A DNA stretch of 64,000 nucleotides from Camelus dromedarius (GCF_036321535.1 NC_087436.1:71860001-71924000); one strand, 5' to 3'. Positions 1 to 14,399 are shown, counted from the first letter of the stretch. The notes: a model not told the origin generated them from the sequence alone. Made by a program: numbers and translations.

Positions 1-1324
1 GTGAAAAAAGAAAGGAAGGAAAGGTATAAGTGAAAGAATAATCCACAAAGCCAATTAAGCATGTTTTAAAGGTTCTGAGATTTAGAGAACAGCATGGTCA
101 AATCTTTGCTTTGATACTTTACCATTTTATCTAGAACCACTGAATCACCTGCTAAGCTCACAGCAGAGAAGTCACAGAATTATGATTTGCTTCATCATTC
201 CCACAAAAGGAGATAAAAGAGTAAGAAAAGCATACTGCATTTCCCATTACTCTTATCTCTCCCTCTTTATTAACAATATGATTAAGGAGCAAATATTTTT
301 AAACTATGGGGAAATTTAAGAATATATTCTATTTAAATACTAAAAATCTAATAAATCCAAAATGTAATCCTAAAAGAGGATCTAGCCCACATAACTTTCA
401 TTTATGGCATCTTCATTATAGAATTCTACTTCCTATGCTAACACTGGCTCCACCTAAAATAAATTAACCCACATACACAATTACAGCCAAAGAGTTTTAA
501 TGGCAATCTATGAATTCAATAAAATAATCAAATTAAATGGAATTAGGAAGGAAAATAAAAGTCAGACTCTTCTAAATTACAGATTTTAAATTGTGTTTTT
601 TAAAAACAGCAAAGATATTACTAGTCAGTAACGCCATTTTCACAAAGTAATCTGTTCTTCCTCAAACTTCAGTTTTAAACACTAATATGGAGACTGCTAT
701 AGTTCACAAATGTTTTCACGTAATTATCGCATCTGACCCCCAACAAAAGAAGAAAGTATTGTGATGTCCCTTTGGTGTGAGACTGAGAGATTCAGCTTGC
801 ATATCACATTTACTTGACAGTATGAATTAAGAGATGTAGTAGGGTCTAAGACAGCATTCTTCTCACTTTACGTTTTGAAAACTTACTATAAAAAAGAAGT
901 CATTTACAAGGTATGCGTGTTGATTTGATGTGCCAGAAAAGGTGAAGGATAGTACAGTATTCACTCACAACTTACGAAATCCATCTCAAGATCAATCACC
1001 TGAATTTTCCCAAGAGGGAGTTAGAGAAACAACAAAATTTAACAGAACAGAGCAACGCTAACTAACTATACTCCAATAAAGTCTTTTTTGGGGGGGAGAG
1101 GATGGGGAGAAACAGTCTTATAATCTGGTGTTCTAATCAACTCTTAAACATACCAAGACTATTACTACTTATGTATAATGATCCAGGGGTAGGTCATAAA
1201 TTAGAAAGAGATGTCATTCACACAGACCTGTAAAGAGGACCTAGACGCCAGATGAAATAAGGTAGTAAGCTTTACAATTTATACAAAACATTTCTTGAGC
1301 AATTACTAGGAGAGACCATAAAAG

Positions 1325-1575
1325 AGCAGTAGGGAGGCAGTGAACTATAGGAGTTAAAAAAGCAGACTGCCCACGTTTATATTCCATTTCCATCATTTAC
1401 AGTGACTCTGAGCAAGTTATTCTTTTCCTTGGTTTTTTTTAACCATAAAATGTGGATCATAGTATTATCTAACTCTTAGAGTTGTTGTGAGGGCTAAATG
1501 AGATACTATACACAAAGCAAATAGAACTGTGCATGGCATATCATTAAGAACTCATTAAAATATTAGTTGTTGAGG
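1325..1575. mobile_element. MIR SINE
   Basis: MIR core phrases gtgactctgagcaagtta...aaaatgtggatcatagta...gttgttgtgagggctaaatgagat. Confidence 0.65.
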
Positions 1576-2544
1576 TTATAATTACCCAATGTGCTAACTG
1601 TTATGAATACCTTCAGGGAAGAGGTGATACTTTACTGACTCTTAATGGATAAATCAGTCAACAGAGAGTGACGTAACAGAAAATAGGTATTAATGGGGCT
1701 TGAAAGCTGACATTTGACATAGCACATTTTAAAACATACTAAAATACTACAAAAATCATCATAGTTTAAAAAGTACGGCATTCATACACATAATAAAATG
1801 GGAGTTAGAAAAGACCCATGTACTTTTAGTCTAGCACTTTCATCACCGGTGTATATCCTACCAAAATACAGAAATACACACAGATAAATATCAAAAAGAG
1901 TCTATGGCAGTACTGTTTGTAATGGAAGAACACTGGGCACAACCAAAATACTGTCTATAAACAATCAAACCAGGGAAGTCATGATACCTGACAAGGGATT
2001 ACTCCACAGCCACTAAAAGAAATAAAATAAACAACATATATATTTATACAGGAAGAGTCTATAATAAAATATTAACTTTAAAAAGAAATTTACAGAATAT
2101 TTTTATAATGACTATTCATGCAAAACAAAAATTTGTTTACAAAAAAGTACACGTGGATATATGCGTGCAAATGCATAAAGTTATGAAATTATATACATTT
2201 AAAATTTATAAATTGGGATATAAAAGGGAAATTTCCAACTCATAACTTATCTTCTACTGTTTAAATTTTTACAATTTACATTCACTATATGATTTAATAA
2301 AAACAGGAAAAAGATAATGCAGTCTCCCTTTAAGACTCCTCCAGCATTAAACAAACACCAGTCACAGTTTAGTAACTTTGCTACATACTTTAACATAAAT
2401 TTGATTTAAAAGATGTATTGTTCCCTTAGTAGAATGAAAACTTATCTCAAGTCATATAGCAGCTCTTCTATTTTAGCATTTTCTGAATAGCAACTGCGTA
2501 AGTATTAAATTACTCCTGGTTTACTTGTAATATATATATATATA

Positions 2545-3245
2545 TTTGTTTGATTGAAGTATAGTTGATTTACAATGTTGTATTAGTTTCTGGTATACAG
2601 CATAGTGATTCAGTTATAGAAATACATATATAAACATTGGGATATATGTATCTTTTCAAATTAGAATTTTCTCCAGATATATGCCAAGGAGTGGGATTGC
2701 TGGATCCTTTGGTAACTCTATTTTTAGCTTTTTAAGGAATCTCTATACTGTTTTTCATTATGGTTGCACCAAATGACTTACCCACCAACAATGTAGAAGG
2801 GTTCCCTTTTCTCCACACCCTCTCCAGCATTTATTGTTTATAGACTTTTTCATCATGGCCATTCTGACTGGTGTGATGTGATACTTCATTGTAGTTTTGA
2901 TTTACATTTCTCTGATAATTAGCAATACTGAGCATCTTTTAATGTGCCTATTGACCACCTGTATGTCTTCTGTGATGAAATGTCTATTTAGGTCTTCTGC
3001 TCATTTTTTGATTGTGTTGTTTCATTTTCTGGGTTTTTGTTGTTGTTGTTCTTGTAGTTATTGAGTTATATGAGCTATCTGTATATTCTGGAAATTAAGC
3101 CCTTGTCAGTCACATTGTTGACAAATATTTTCTCAGTCCACAGGCTGTCTTTTCATTTTGTTTATGGTTTCCTTTGCTGTGCAAAAACTTCTAAGTTTGA
3201 TTAGGCCCTTTTTGTTTATTTTTGCTTTTATTTCTATTGCCTTGT
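2545..3245 (-). mobile_element. L1 3' fragment (cetartiodactyl-type) with an internal 3' UTR deletion
   Basis: attgaagtatagttgatttacaatgttg is the antisense L1 3' terminus, followed by antisense ORF2 C-terminal sequence (ggagtgggattgctggatc, ccattctgactggtgtga). Confidence 0.88.
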
Positions 3246-3859
3246 GAGTTAAAATATATTTTTAAAATATTGAAACAAAGCTAAAGAACACTGGAAGGAT
3301 AATGCAAGAGAAGTAAAACACATTCACAGAATTTGTAGATCCTGCCCTAATAGTGTATGGAGGTGTTTAAGCCTAAAGAAAGACTAGTTAAGACTAACAA
3401 CATCATACATCAATAAGAAACGGTATAGATGCTGGTGCTGAAAGCATTTTTACTTCTTTAGTAGAGATTTGGAAGAGAGGGAGGGAGGGAATAAAGGAAA
3501 CAAAGAAGCCGCCACTGACTACGTTAAATGAAAAATATGGAAATTACTTTGTTAACCATAAAACCCTACAGACGTTAGCTACTTATCAAACAGCACAGGA
3601 AACTGCTTAGTACAACCAATTTTAGTATATGGGCATGCAGGTTATACAAATGCAATACATATAGAGATGTATATACTGAGCAGATATAATCCAGTCTATT
3701 ATTCTACAGTCTAAATATATGAAATAGCACTTCAAATAGTGGGAAAGGATAGACTATGAAATAGCTAAATCAACTGATTAACTACTTGGAAATATAAGAT
3801 TAAGTTCCTATCTTCTCCCATAAGCCAATATAAATTTGAATTACATGAACTGAGTGTAA

Positions 3860-4330
3860 AAATTAAGAGGCACAATAGCCAAGAGGTGGAAGCAACCCAA
3901 CTGTTCATCAATGGATGAATGGATAAAACAAAATGTGATATATACATACAATGGAATATTCAGTCTTAAAGGAGAATGAAATCCTGCCAAAAGATATAAC
4001 ATGTATGACTCTTAAGGACATTATGTATGCTAAGTGAAATATGCCAGTCACAAAAAGACAAACACTGTATAAATCCACTTATATGAAGTACCTAAAGTAG
4101 TTAAATTCATAGAAACATTAAGTGGTTACCAGGAGTTGGGGGAAAGGGGAACAGGAAGTTGTTGTTTAATAAGTATAGCATTTCTGTTTTACAAGATGAA
4201 AAAGTCCTGGAGATCTGTTACACAATAGTGTGAATACACTTAACACTACTGAACTGTATACTTAAATGATTAAAGTGGTAAAATTTTTGTGTTGTTAGCC
4301 ATAATTAAATTGTTTTAATTATTAAAAAAA
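3860..4330 (+). mobile_element. Old L1 (L1M) 3' end
   Basis: cacaatagccaagaggtggaagcaaccc...atggatgaatggataaa...caatggaatatt...ctaagtgaaat..gccagtcacaaaaagac, ending in an A-rich tail. Confidence 0.85.
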
Positions 4331-4399
4331 TTAAGAAGTACACACTGAATTACTTATGCCACTTTAAAAAATTACTAAACTACAAAGAAATCAAGTAAA

Positions 4400-5510
4400 A
4401 CATTTTGATCAAACTTCTAACAACCAATAGCAAAAATGGTTAAAAATATAACTGTAAGATTAAAAGGAAAAAGGATGCACAAAAATTAAATCTGTAAAGC
4501 ACAAATCTTTGTAAGATTGATGTAAGAAGGAAATGATAGTTTCTCCCAATAAATATGAAAATCTAATATGAAATAGGTAATCTCCATAAAAATATAAATT
4601 AAAATGTTAATGAAATCAAATCCAACAGTATATTAAAAGAAAACTACATCACAGTAAGTATTCCAAACACAGTTTAGTACTAGGAAATTTATTATTGCAA
4701 TTCATTATATGAATAGATTGGGGAGAAGGGGAAGAAATAATCTTTTCAACAGATGCCAAAAAAGCATTTGATAAAATTCAGTATATATTTCTGATAATAT
4801 TTAGCAGGGTAAGAGAAAAAAATATACTAAATAGATACAGCATATTTGTATTATACTTAATACTGACCTAACAGTACTCCCACTAAAACAAGGGAAAGAT
4901 AAGGATAGCCTATATTACCAACTTTATTCAACATTTTGGGAATGTTCAAAACTGATGTAATAAGAGAAGAAAAGCAAACAAGAGGTGTAAATATTGAACA
5001 AGAAGAGATTAAGGCAATCATTTATTGGAGTCAATATAACATTTTAGTCAGAAAATAGACTCAATATATGAGAATTCAGTTGAGTGGTCATATACACAAG
5101 ATCGAAATATGAAAATCAATAGGTTTCCATATTTCAGAAATAACTAAATTAGAAAGTACAAAAGAATAAAAAAAATACCATTCATGAGAGCAATAGCAAC
5201 TATGAATAATCTGGACTAAACTCCATAAGAAATGTATAAGACCTATATGAAAACTGTAAAATTTTATTAAAGACAGATGAAGGGCCTGAAAAAATATAGG
5301 CATGCCATATTTCTACATGGGGATGCTCAGTATTATACATTTATTTCTCCCCAAACTAGTTCAAATTTTAATGTATTCCAATCATAATTCCAATAGGCAT
5401 TTTACAGCAGTTTACTAAAGCCATTTGAAAAGTTAAACACACAATATCCAAAACTCCTGAAGATCAGTGAAGGAGAACTGCTTTCTAAGACACCAAAGCA
5501 TGCTAACATA
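4400..5510 (+). mobile_element. Highly degraded L1 ORF2 remnants
   Basis: cagatgccaaaaaagcatttgataaaattca (DAEKAFDKIQ-like RT motif) plus further ORF2-like phrases. Confidence 0.7.
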
Positions 5511-6850
5511 TTAAATTGAACCATAAATCGGATTTTTGGTGACTTTTGATGTACAAAAAGCAATTTCAAAAGGTGTAACCTAATAGTTAAAATCGGTGTG
5601 GAGATACGAATAAACGTAACTGTTACGAATCTGGGGATGTTAAACACTCAAACTCTCCCACTCCCACCACCCACAAATCCCTTTCTAAATGGTAAGAAAG
5701 AGATAACAGTCCACTAAAGTACTTAATACTAATAAAGCTTGGTCAAAGACCAACAGGGCCTTCTATCCCTCACCCCAGTTAAACCCACCCAGTTACGGGC
5801 AGAAAACTGAAAGGGAAGGTGGAGAAGGAGAGAGGAGTAGGAGAGGAAAGTTTCTTCCAACAACCTGTACAGAGAAGAATATCTAAGTTGAAACCTAAAG
5901 GATGAGAAGAAACGAAGAACCAGGGGAAGAACACCCTAGAAAGAAAGTAAACAGATCCCAAGTGAGAAAATCTGCATATTCTAAGAAAAGGTCAGTGTGA
6001 CTAAAAGATAATGAATATACTGAAAGCAATATAAAACAAAGCTAGAACATTAAGAAGAATTAGCCACACAAAGTCTTACAGGCCAAGTTAGAAGTTTGGG
6101 CTTTATTCTAAGAGCAAAGAGAAGTCAAATAATGATTTATACTTCCGAAAGATTAGCCTAGTTGTTGCATGGGGAGACAGGAGAAGAGAGCTAGGAGATC
6201 AAATTAGGAGGCTGCTCTGAAGTCCAAGATAATAGCCTGGACTAGGGTAACGGCAGCAAGGATGGAGTGAGAAAAGTAGTTTCAAGGTACTAATCTGGAG
6301 TTCTTATGTCCAATATCCTTTCCCTTCCCTCTCTCCCACTTTACCGTTTTGGCAATAAGAACACTCTTTCTTTGGGAAACCATTCCATGAGGCTTAGGTG
6401 GGAATGACCCCTCCTAGTCCACCTCCTAAATGGAGTGGAAAGTACATGACCCAGGCTTGAACAAAGAAATCTTCTTTAGAAGATGTTGCTGCTTCAGGAA
6501 TGGACACATGACCCAAGCTAGGCCAAAAAGATTATGTCAGGATCTAGGAGTGACTTTTTTTCTTGTATTGCTAGCCATAAGGACAATGTAATGCTAGGAT
6601 TATACTGGTGTAAGACTTTAGTTATCACCCAATATCCACACTCCCCTTTTACTTTTGGTAAAACATTTCTCCCACAAGTTATATCTAGGTATAATGGCCA
6701 CAGAGCAAGAGTTAGGTCCTAGGAATGGACATATAACTAATTTCTGGCCAATAGGATACAACAGGGAGTTATGCTTGAAATTTCTTGGTCAGTTCCTTAA
6801 AGGGAAGCTATCTATGCCCACTCTTCTGTTTTTTATTTTTCATAGACTGA

Positions 6851-7251
6851 GTATGAGTTTGCAAGAGCTGCCTTACAAAATAACACAGAATGGGTGGCTT
6901 AAACAACAGCAATATATTTTCTCACAGTTCTTGAGGCTAGAAGTCCAAGATCAGGGTGTCAGCAGATGTGGTTTCTTCTAAAACCTCTCTTTTTGGCTTG
7001 CAAATGGCCATGTCCTCACTGTGTCTTCACATGGCCATTTTTCTGTGTGCACACATCCCAAGTGTCTCTATGTTCAAATTTCTTCTTCTTATAAGGACGT
7101 CTGTCAGATTTGCTTAGAGCCTATCCATATGACCTAATTTAACCGTAACTACCTTTTTAAAGGCCCTATCCCTACATACAGTCATCTTCTGAGATACTGG
7201 GGGTTAGGACCCCAACATGAATTATGGGGAAATACAATTCAGCCCATAATA
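6851..7251 (-). mobile_element. MLT1A/B-like MaLR solo LTR
   Basis: gggtggcttaaacaacag...tctcacagttcttgaggctagaagtccaagatcagggtg...aattcagcccataa, typical MLT1 phrases. Confidence 0.8.
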
Positions 7252-7320
7252 GGGTGGAACATCGACATGATGCTGGTGAGCCAGATTAGATCTTGTAGAT
7301 GAAGAGTCAACACTCTAAAG

Positions 7321-7530
7321 CAGAGCTGTCCAATTAAACTTTCTGTGATGCTGGAAATGTTCTATATCTGCACTCTTCAATATGGTAGCCACCAGCCACA
7401 TATGATTATTTTAATTAAATTAATTAAATTTAAATTAAAAAAAAAATCCAGATCCCCAGTTGTACTAGACACATTTCAAGTGCTTAGTACCCATATGTGG
7501 CTGGTTGCTACCACAGCAGACAGCACAGGT
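7321..7530. mobile_element. MER3/MER33-like hAT-Charlie DNA transposon fossil
   Basis: cagagctgtccaat...ggaaatgttctatatctgcact...tggtagccaccagccacat...atgtggctggttgctacc...gacagcac with degenerate terminal inverted repeats. Confidence 0.75.
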
Positions 7531-8163
7531 TAAGGGATGCTGTAATAGTAGAAACTTAGGTCTAGGAACAACCTGAAGGACTACCCCCAGAGTATCACAT
7601 AATCTAGCCTGCCTGAACTTCATGTGTTTTGGAGTCTCTTTGTTCAAACAACCCATCTTATATCTTAACTAGTCCTGTACGTTAGGAGTGGAATGCTGCC
7701 ATAATAAATTCCTAAAAACACTGATAAAGCTTTTAGAAAACAGGTGGCAAAGAAACATATCTCAGGCTAGGAAGCTAACAATCTGTTATGCAGTAGCAAA
7801 CCATTTTGCAAAACTCGCTTGCAATAACGAGTAGCACACATCACATGGTGACCAGATACATAATTCCAAGAAAAGCAATTAGAAAAACTCAAAATGTTGG
7901 TGTGTTGACTGTTTAAATAAACAACAAAAAGATCAATTCAGCTATGAATAGTTTACAAAGAGAGATGGACAGGGAAACAGTGCCACTGAGAGAAATCTCT
8001 CAATAGCAAACCCTGCCTTATAATAATCCAGTAATTTGGGGCATCTCAGGTTTGGAGAAGGCAGTTGTTTCTTTGCTCCAAATACAAAAAGTTAACTTTG
8101 TGACTTCAAGGATTCTTTGTCAAACAGTAGCAAAGATAAGGTCAAGAGTGTTGCTTTCCCACC

Positions 8164-8714
8164 TGTGATAGATTTTGACATGTTGGGTTGGTTAGGGTAA
8201 ACTAAGAGGAAGGAAGGGCAACTGCCATTTTGAAAATACTTTCTCTCAGTTATTCAAACACTAATCTAGGTGCCGCTGTGGTGGGATTTTGCACATGTAA
8301 TTAAAGCTCCTAATCACTCAATTTTTTTTAAGCTAGGGTCATCATCCTTAGTGATCCTGACCTAGTCAAGTAAGTTTTTAAAAAGAAATTGGGTTCTTCT
8401 TGACAAATGAGACTCCAAATAGCAGCTGAATCAGTCTGAACTGCTCTCCCTTCACTGGGTCTTCCTTTTCTAACTGCCTGTGGAGAACAATTTCAGTATA
8501 TGCCCATGGGTTTCAGCCTACCTGAGTGCTTACCTTCACAACTGCTTACCCTACAAATTTCAGACTTGCTTAGCCAGCCTCCAGAATTGTGTAAGCCAAT
8601 TCCTTGTAATAAATCTATTTAAATCGATCGATCGATCAATCGATCGATCTATCAATCAATCATACATAAATCTCCTCCTTGTTCTGCTTCTCTGGTTAAA
8701 CCCTGACTCATACG
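8164..8714 (+). mobile_element. MLT2-like ERVL solo LTR
   Basis: Starts tgtga; ends gtaagccaattccttgtaataaatct...ttctctggttaaaccctgactcatac; splits the host MaLR internal sequence cleanly. Confidence 0.75.
8623..8662. repeat. (ATCG/ATCA)n tetranucleotide microsatellite
   Basis: atcgatcgatcgatcaatcgatcgatctatcaatcaatca. Confidence 0.9.
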
Positions 8715-9789
8715 TCATCCAAGCCTATTATTTCAGATACCCTCAAGGTAGCCATGAAACACAAGGAGAGAGGAAAAGGCCTAGTAGAGAGATAAGTAAG
8801 ATAACGAGTAGATTTAAAAAAATTATGACTAAAAGAGATCTGCTGTGGTTAATATAACATGGAACTGACTTGAAGACAGAACAGAAATCTACTAAATGTT
8901 TGAGTGAGTTTTACCATCAAACCATATTATTGGCCTATAAAACCCTATAATTAAACTTTAAGAAACCCTGCAGCCCCTAAATGTATACTAACTGGTATGA
9001 TGCCACACAAGTTTTGCAATTCCTATGGACGTCATACTTTCAAATGTCTACTACTTCAGATGTGGCAAAGGAAGATGACGAAGAATCTCCTAAGAACAAA
9101 GCCAAGAACACAAACAACAGTCAAAAGGGCACTCTTCCCATAGAGCAAAATCAGAGTTTAACCAAGGATTTTACATAGTTGCCAGGGCAATCTTCTCTTG
9201 TCCAGAAGGATTTCATTAGTAATGTGAACCAAGGACTGCTGTCTGTTTATTCTTTCCTCTCCAAAGAAGCTATCATTATGATTATCCTATTTCTATTCAC
9301 CAATTGACAGTGTGTTGGGCAAAAGAGGGATAGATAGATATGTTGTTTATTACTTTACTGTTTACCAGACTGAATTAAGAGAAAATGCATTATGCAGATA
9401 TCCTACAGTGCGTGCTCTATGTATTATCCAGAAGAGATTCTGGATTGATTCTCTTGAGGAAGAAAGAACACTATGTGTTAGAAGAAAGGTTTTTACAAAT
9501 GTTGGTTGGGTGGCCAGAAGTTTCAGCCTGGTACTCAAGAAGAAAGGTTTAAACTGGAGATACAAACTTGAGAATCATTAACATATGCATATATAAAGAC
9601 ATAAAACTAGATAAAATCACCTAAGAAGTGATACCAGATAGAAGACCAAAAAGGGCCTAGGAATGAGCAACAAGGTACTAAATAAAGGATATACAGTGAA
9701 GGGGGTTAAGAGGAAGCAAGAAGCCCAAGAAAAAACAGCTAGTAAAAGTAGAAACAGGAGATGGTGATACTGCATAAGCAAAGAGAGTA

Positions 9790-10600
9790 GCACTTTTTAA
9801 GAGGCAAGGATCAGTGAACAAGGTCAAATGCTAATGAGAAGAGTAAATAAGAAATGGACACAACAATTAAATACTACATCCAAAAAGATATCCATGTATC
9901 TTTGGAAAACAAAGTACAAAAGTATCAAAAGAAAGTAAGAAATTTCGTTTAAACCCTGGGGTGAAGATCTCCAGAAGTCATAAAAGAATAATTCATTTTA
10001 CTATAAAAATATAAAAATTTTCCTACATTGTGAAATTACTGTACACAGATAGAGAATATATGTAACACATAAACCATGAAGGATTAATACCCATAAATAT
10101 AAACAGCACCAACAAATCAAGAAAAGAAAAAAAAACTCTAATAGGCTAATAAGTAAAGGATAAAAAAGAAAATTTTCAAAAGAAATCCAAATGAAAAATA
10201 AATATGAAAATTTGCTAAATGTCAACAGTAATTAAGAAAATGAAAACAAAAACAAAACACTATTTCTTGTTTAACAGGTTTTTAAAACTAAGATTGATCA
10301 AATCCAGTAGCATTCTTATACACTCGTGATGGAAATAAAACTTGGAAGTATTTATCAAATTCAACACATGAATAACCTCTGGCCCAGCAATTCCATTTCC
10401 AGGAATCCATCCCAAAGAAATACTTTTGTACTCAAAAATAATTGTAAAAGGACATTCACTTCAGCAACGTATGTGTGGTAGCAATGTACTGAAAACAATC
10501 CAAATGTCTACCAACATAAAAGATCAAATAAATTATAAACATCATACTATGGAATATGCATAAGTAAATTAGGACGAGTCAAATCCTAATATACTCTCAG
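9790..10600 (+). mobile_element. Degraded L1M fragments
   Basis: ggcccagcaattccatttccaggaatccatcccaaagaaata and aaacaatccaaatgtc are L1 ORF2-end and 3' phrases. Confidence 0.55.
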
Positions 10601-13600
10601 ACACACACCCCACACACACCCACACCCTCTCTCTCATTCACTCACTCTCACCACGAAACGAGAACATTCGATATACACCAAGCTGTTAGCAGCATTTACT
10701 CCGAGAAAGAAAGGATAAAACCTTTACATTCTAGAAGACTTTTTTTTAAGTATGAATACATACACTAGTTTTTACAGTTAAATAAATATGTAATCAATAG
10801 CTGAAGACTCATTTCTTTAATTGATATAATTTTAAGAATGATAACAAACTTTCACCAGACAAAATTTCTAAGTGATAGCTCTGCTTTGTGTAATAGATAA
10901 TTAAAAGAATGAAAATATGATTTCAAATACTAATGATTAACTCTGGAAAGGGGATTATAGGTGACTTGTATTCCTTAGGTCTTTTTTGATTTTGTCAAAT
11001 TTTCTACAAATATGTATGCTTAATTAATAATGTTTAATTATAAAAACACTATATTTTAAATCTACTTTAAAAGATATTTAACATTGCACCCTATATTGTC
11101 CTGCAAATCTATTTTTCATAATTTAACACATCTCTACCTGCAGCAACCGTAAGTATATTAATATAGCTATCTCTTTTCTTACTACAAAATCTTCAGGGTA
11201 AAATTAGAATGGATTATTCTTTGGTGTAGCTTAGCAGTCAAGGACACTTTAGAACAGTATCAAATACAGATCTCATCTTAAAAAAAAAACAAAAAAAACA
11301 GAACATAATACCAAAAATTACTGAATATTCCAAGACACACTCATAAATGACATAAAGTCTGCCCTATCGTTATGCAAAAACGGAAACAAAACAATCCCTA
11401 TGATGACAATTCTAAAGGCACACAATTACATGGAAAACTAATCTAGACTCATAAGTAAAGCAGTATCATCCTTGTAGTTTAAAATTATTAATTTTGTCTC
11501 AACAAGATTTTAATTTTATGAAGCTGGGAATAATGTCTCAGTTTCTTCAAAACCCTCATAATTCCTAAGTGATTTTGCTAGGCTTCAATTATGCTTTGTA
11601 TATAAATTTAGTTTAAAAAATATACTAATAGTTGTACTTATCTTCTAAAAATCACGAAAGACAGAATTCCATCACTGTGCTAAGTTTTCATGTATGCAAG
11701 TTTTAAAGTTTTATTAACTACAACACATAGAGCTATTATTTTAAATATAGCTAACTTTTTCATATTCACTGAGGAGGAAATGGTTAAGATTACTACATAC
11801 TAAAAACAGCCACACAAAGTAGATACCCAATAAATGTTTGGCAAGTAAAACAACCAATTCCTATACCGAATCTCACACTAGTAAGAACTACACTAGAGGC
11901 TTTGCAACAGGGCTGTTTTTGTTATTAACCTCATATAAAAAAAAATAAGAGGGAAACATGGCACAGAGAAGGAAAAAGACAATAATGGGGTCAAAGACTG
12001 AACTGGAAATAGACCTAGTGTAACACAAACAGAAAGACTTCCTCTTCTTCTCAGGTTTCAGATTAAGAGCAATAGGAAAGAAGAAAAGGAAAATAGAACT
12101 CCATGTTAATGTTTATTTATTCCAAATTCAAAACTGGTTAAATCAGTTTTCCATAGATCTCTCTGGAATATTCTTCACTCAAAGGTTCTTTAATTAAAAG
12201 TCAATCTATGAGGAAACACTCAGACCAATAATTAATTTCAGGATAGGTCTTTATTTCTTCACATGCTGAAGATAAAATTTCCAGCATGCCCCCTTTCAAT
12301 AATTAAAACCCCAAATTACAAATCATGATGAAATGATGCCTATATTGCTCCACAATTCCACTTTCCCTCATGACTGGATAAAAATAGTTTCTAAAGACAA
12401 AAAAAAAAGTTAGTAAGTTTAAACACCGTAAGTCAGGAAAGGTATTTTGCTTCTGGGTGTCAAATGAAAAGGCATAACTCTACCAGACAGGCAGACAGGT
12501 AAAGTTCCAGGGACTAAAAGGATATTCATATTTACCCATCACCTTCTATTTCCTAATGACTTGTTTTTTTCAAAAGGTGAAAGTTGAAGTTAGTCAGATT
12601 GGGCATAGGTTATCATGGATGTTGGTGCCCCCTCATGGTTCTAACAAAAATGTAAGTGTTATCAGCAGACACTACTTCATATACCACTATGAAGTGAAAA
12701 TTTATTGTCTATGGTCAAGTATGGAAAAATTATAAGGGAGTCCATCCACATTTCCTAATCCACTAAATTTTCTTCATATAAAAATGCAGAATAAACCACT
12801 GCCATGAACACAAATACACTGACCCAAGGACCTATAAATCAACCTCCTAGTCAACTGATGGTCTAATTTGGATGCTAGTAGAAGTAGTCTAACGAATAGT
12901 CTAGTGAATTTCTGGGAGTCAAAATGTACTACTGTGATGATTATTCAACAATGAAAACTTTCACAATACTAACTCCAATTAGGTTGGTAAGGTTAATGAC
13001 TAGAGTAAATTGAATAATCAGAATCCAATAAAAGTATCTGATAAGGGTCCACCATAAATAGCTGTAAAACAAGTTCTGTTATCTTAAGACTTGAGGTCCC
13101 AAATATTTCCAGGGTAATTGGCTAAAAGAGAAATATTTATGAACTATTTTTACTTCGGAGATCTGACTTTACCAAAACCTAGCAAAGGTAAGATGCTAAG
13201 ACTTATATAACACACTGAGATATAGAGATGTGTAAGACAAGGTTTCTGTCTTCAGATCTGACAGAACATAGCAGATTAGATGAAAAAGTTTTGCCAATTA
13301 AAAGGTAAAATATGAGGATTTAGGAGAAGAGAGAGTAGGCATAGGGCTAGCTTAACAAAAGAACAGATAAATCCTGGATCCCCTATTTTACAACACAAAT
13401 GTCTTCTTCATTACATTAGCTTAGAAAAAAAATTTTCCAATTCTAAATAATCCATTTAAATGCTGGTCTGATTTCCCACTATCACTGCAGTGAGAATGTT
13501 TCAAAATAACAAGGTGGGAGGGAGGAAGGAGGTGGTCACAAACTTCTCCAGTGAAAGTTTTACATACATACTACGAGTGAAAGGAAGGAAAGGAAAAAAA

Positions 13601-14399
13601 AAAAACTTATAAGCACCTTCAACAAAAACTTGTGTTTAACTCCAGGGTATTCACAGCCTATCCAGACCTCAAGTTAACAACTCCAATTTAAAAGAAAAAA
13701 TTTTTTCTTAGCTTAATAAAGATAACCTTGAAAAGCAAAAGCCTTGAAAGGCAGGGAGAAACAAAATATTGTCTATACAGAAGGTACTTTTCACTATAAA
13801 GTTTCATTATGTTAACAACTTAATTCTAAATGAGAGAAATATAACTATATTTATCTGTACTTTTCTGTATTTTTTTTTTCAGTGAGATTTTTCAGAACAA
13901 GAAAAGAAAAGCTCAGGGTAGCCAACTTGTCTTCAGTGACTGCCCTACTGCCAAAAAGTATCTTTCTCTACACCATCTGAATTTGTTTTAAAGTTATCTA
14001 AAATGCCAACATGAGATATTGCACTCAACATCACACAGCAGTAACAGAGCATGTGAATAAGTAAATGAATGAGCAGGCTCTGAATCAAATAGACACAGGT
14101 TAAGTCCCACTTTGCCACTTATCAGTTACGTGAAACCCTTCTAAGACAGTATTTTTGCCTTTAAAATGGATATGAATATCCCCTCCCAGCATCTGTATAC
14201 TTCTCAGGCACTTTATTCAGGATATACATTTAACCATTTACTTTCACTCTTATATTTCCTCAAACATATTTAATTATTGGTGCGTTTTTAAATCAGTGTG
14301 TCTTAAAACAGTTTTGCTCACCGTTGCTTACTCAGAACAGCAAAATGCCTAATATATAGTAGAAACTCCATACCTTTATGAATAATGAGATAAATACAA

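Larger units (their letters stand above)
6640..9330 (+). mobile_element. Ancient ERVL-MaLR-type LTR plus internal segment, interrupted by younger elements
   Basis: The internal segment aligns by eye to 21960-23200, e.g. catccaagcctattatttcagataccctcaaggtagc against catccaaggccattatttcagatggcctcaaggtagc. Confidence 0.6.
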
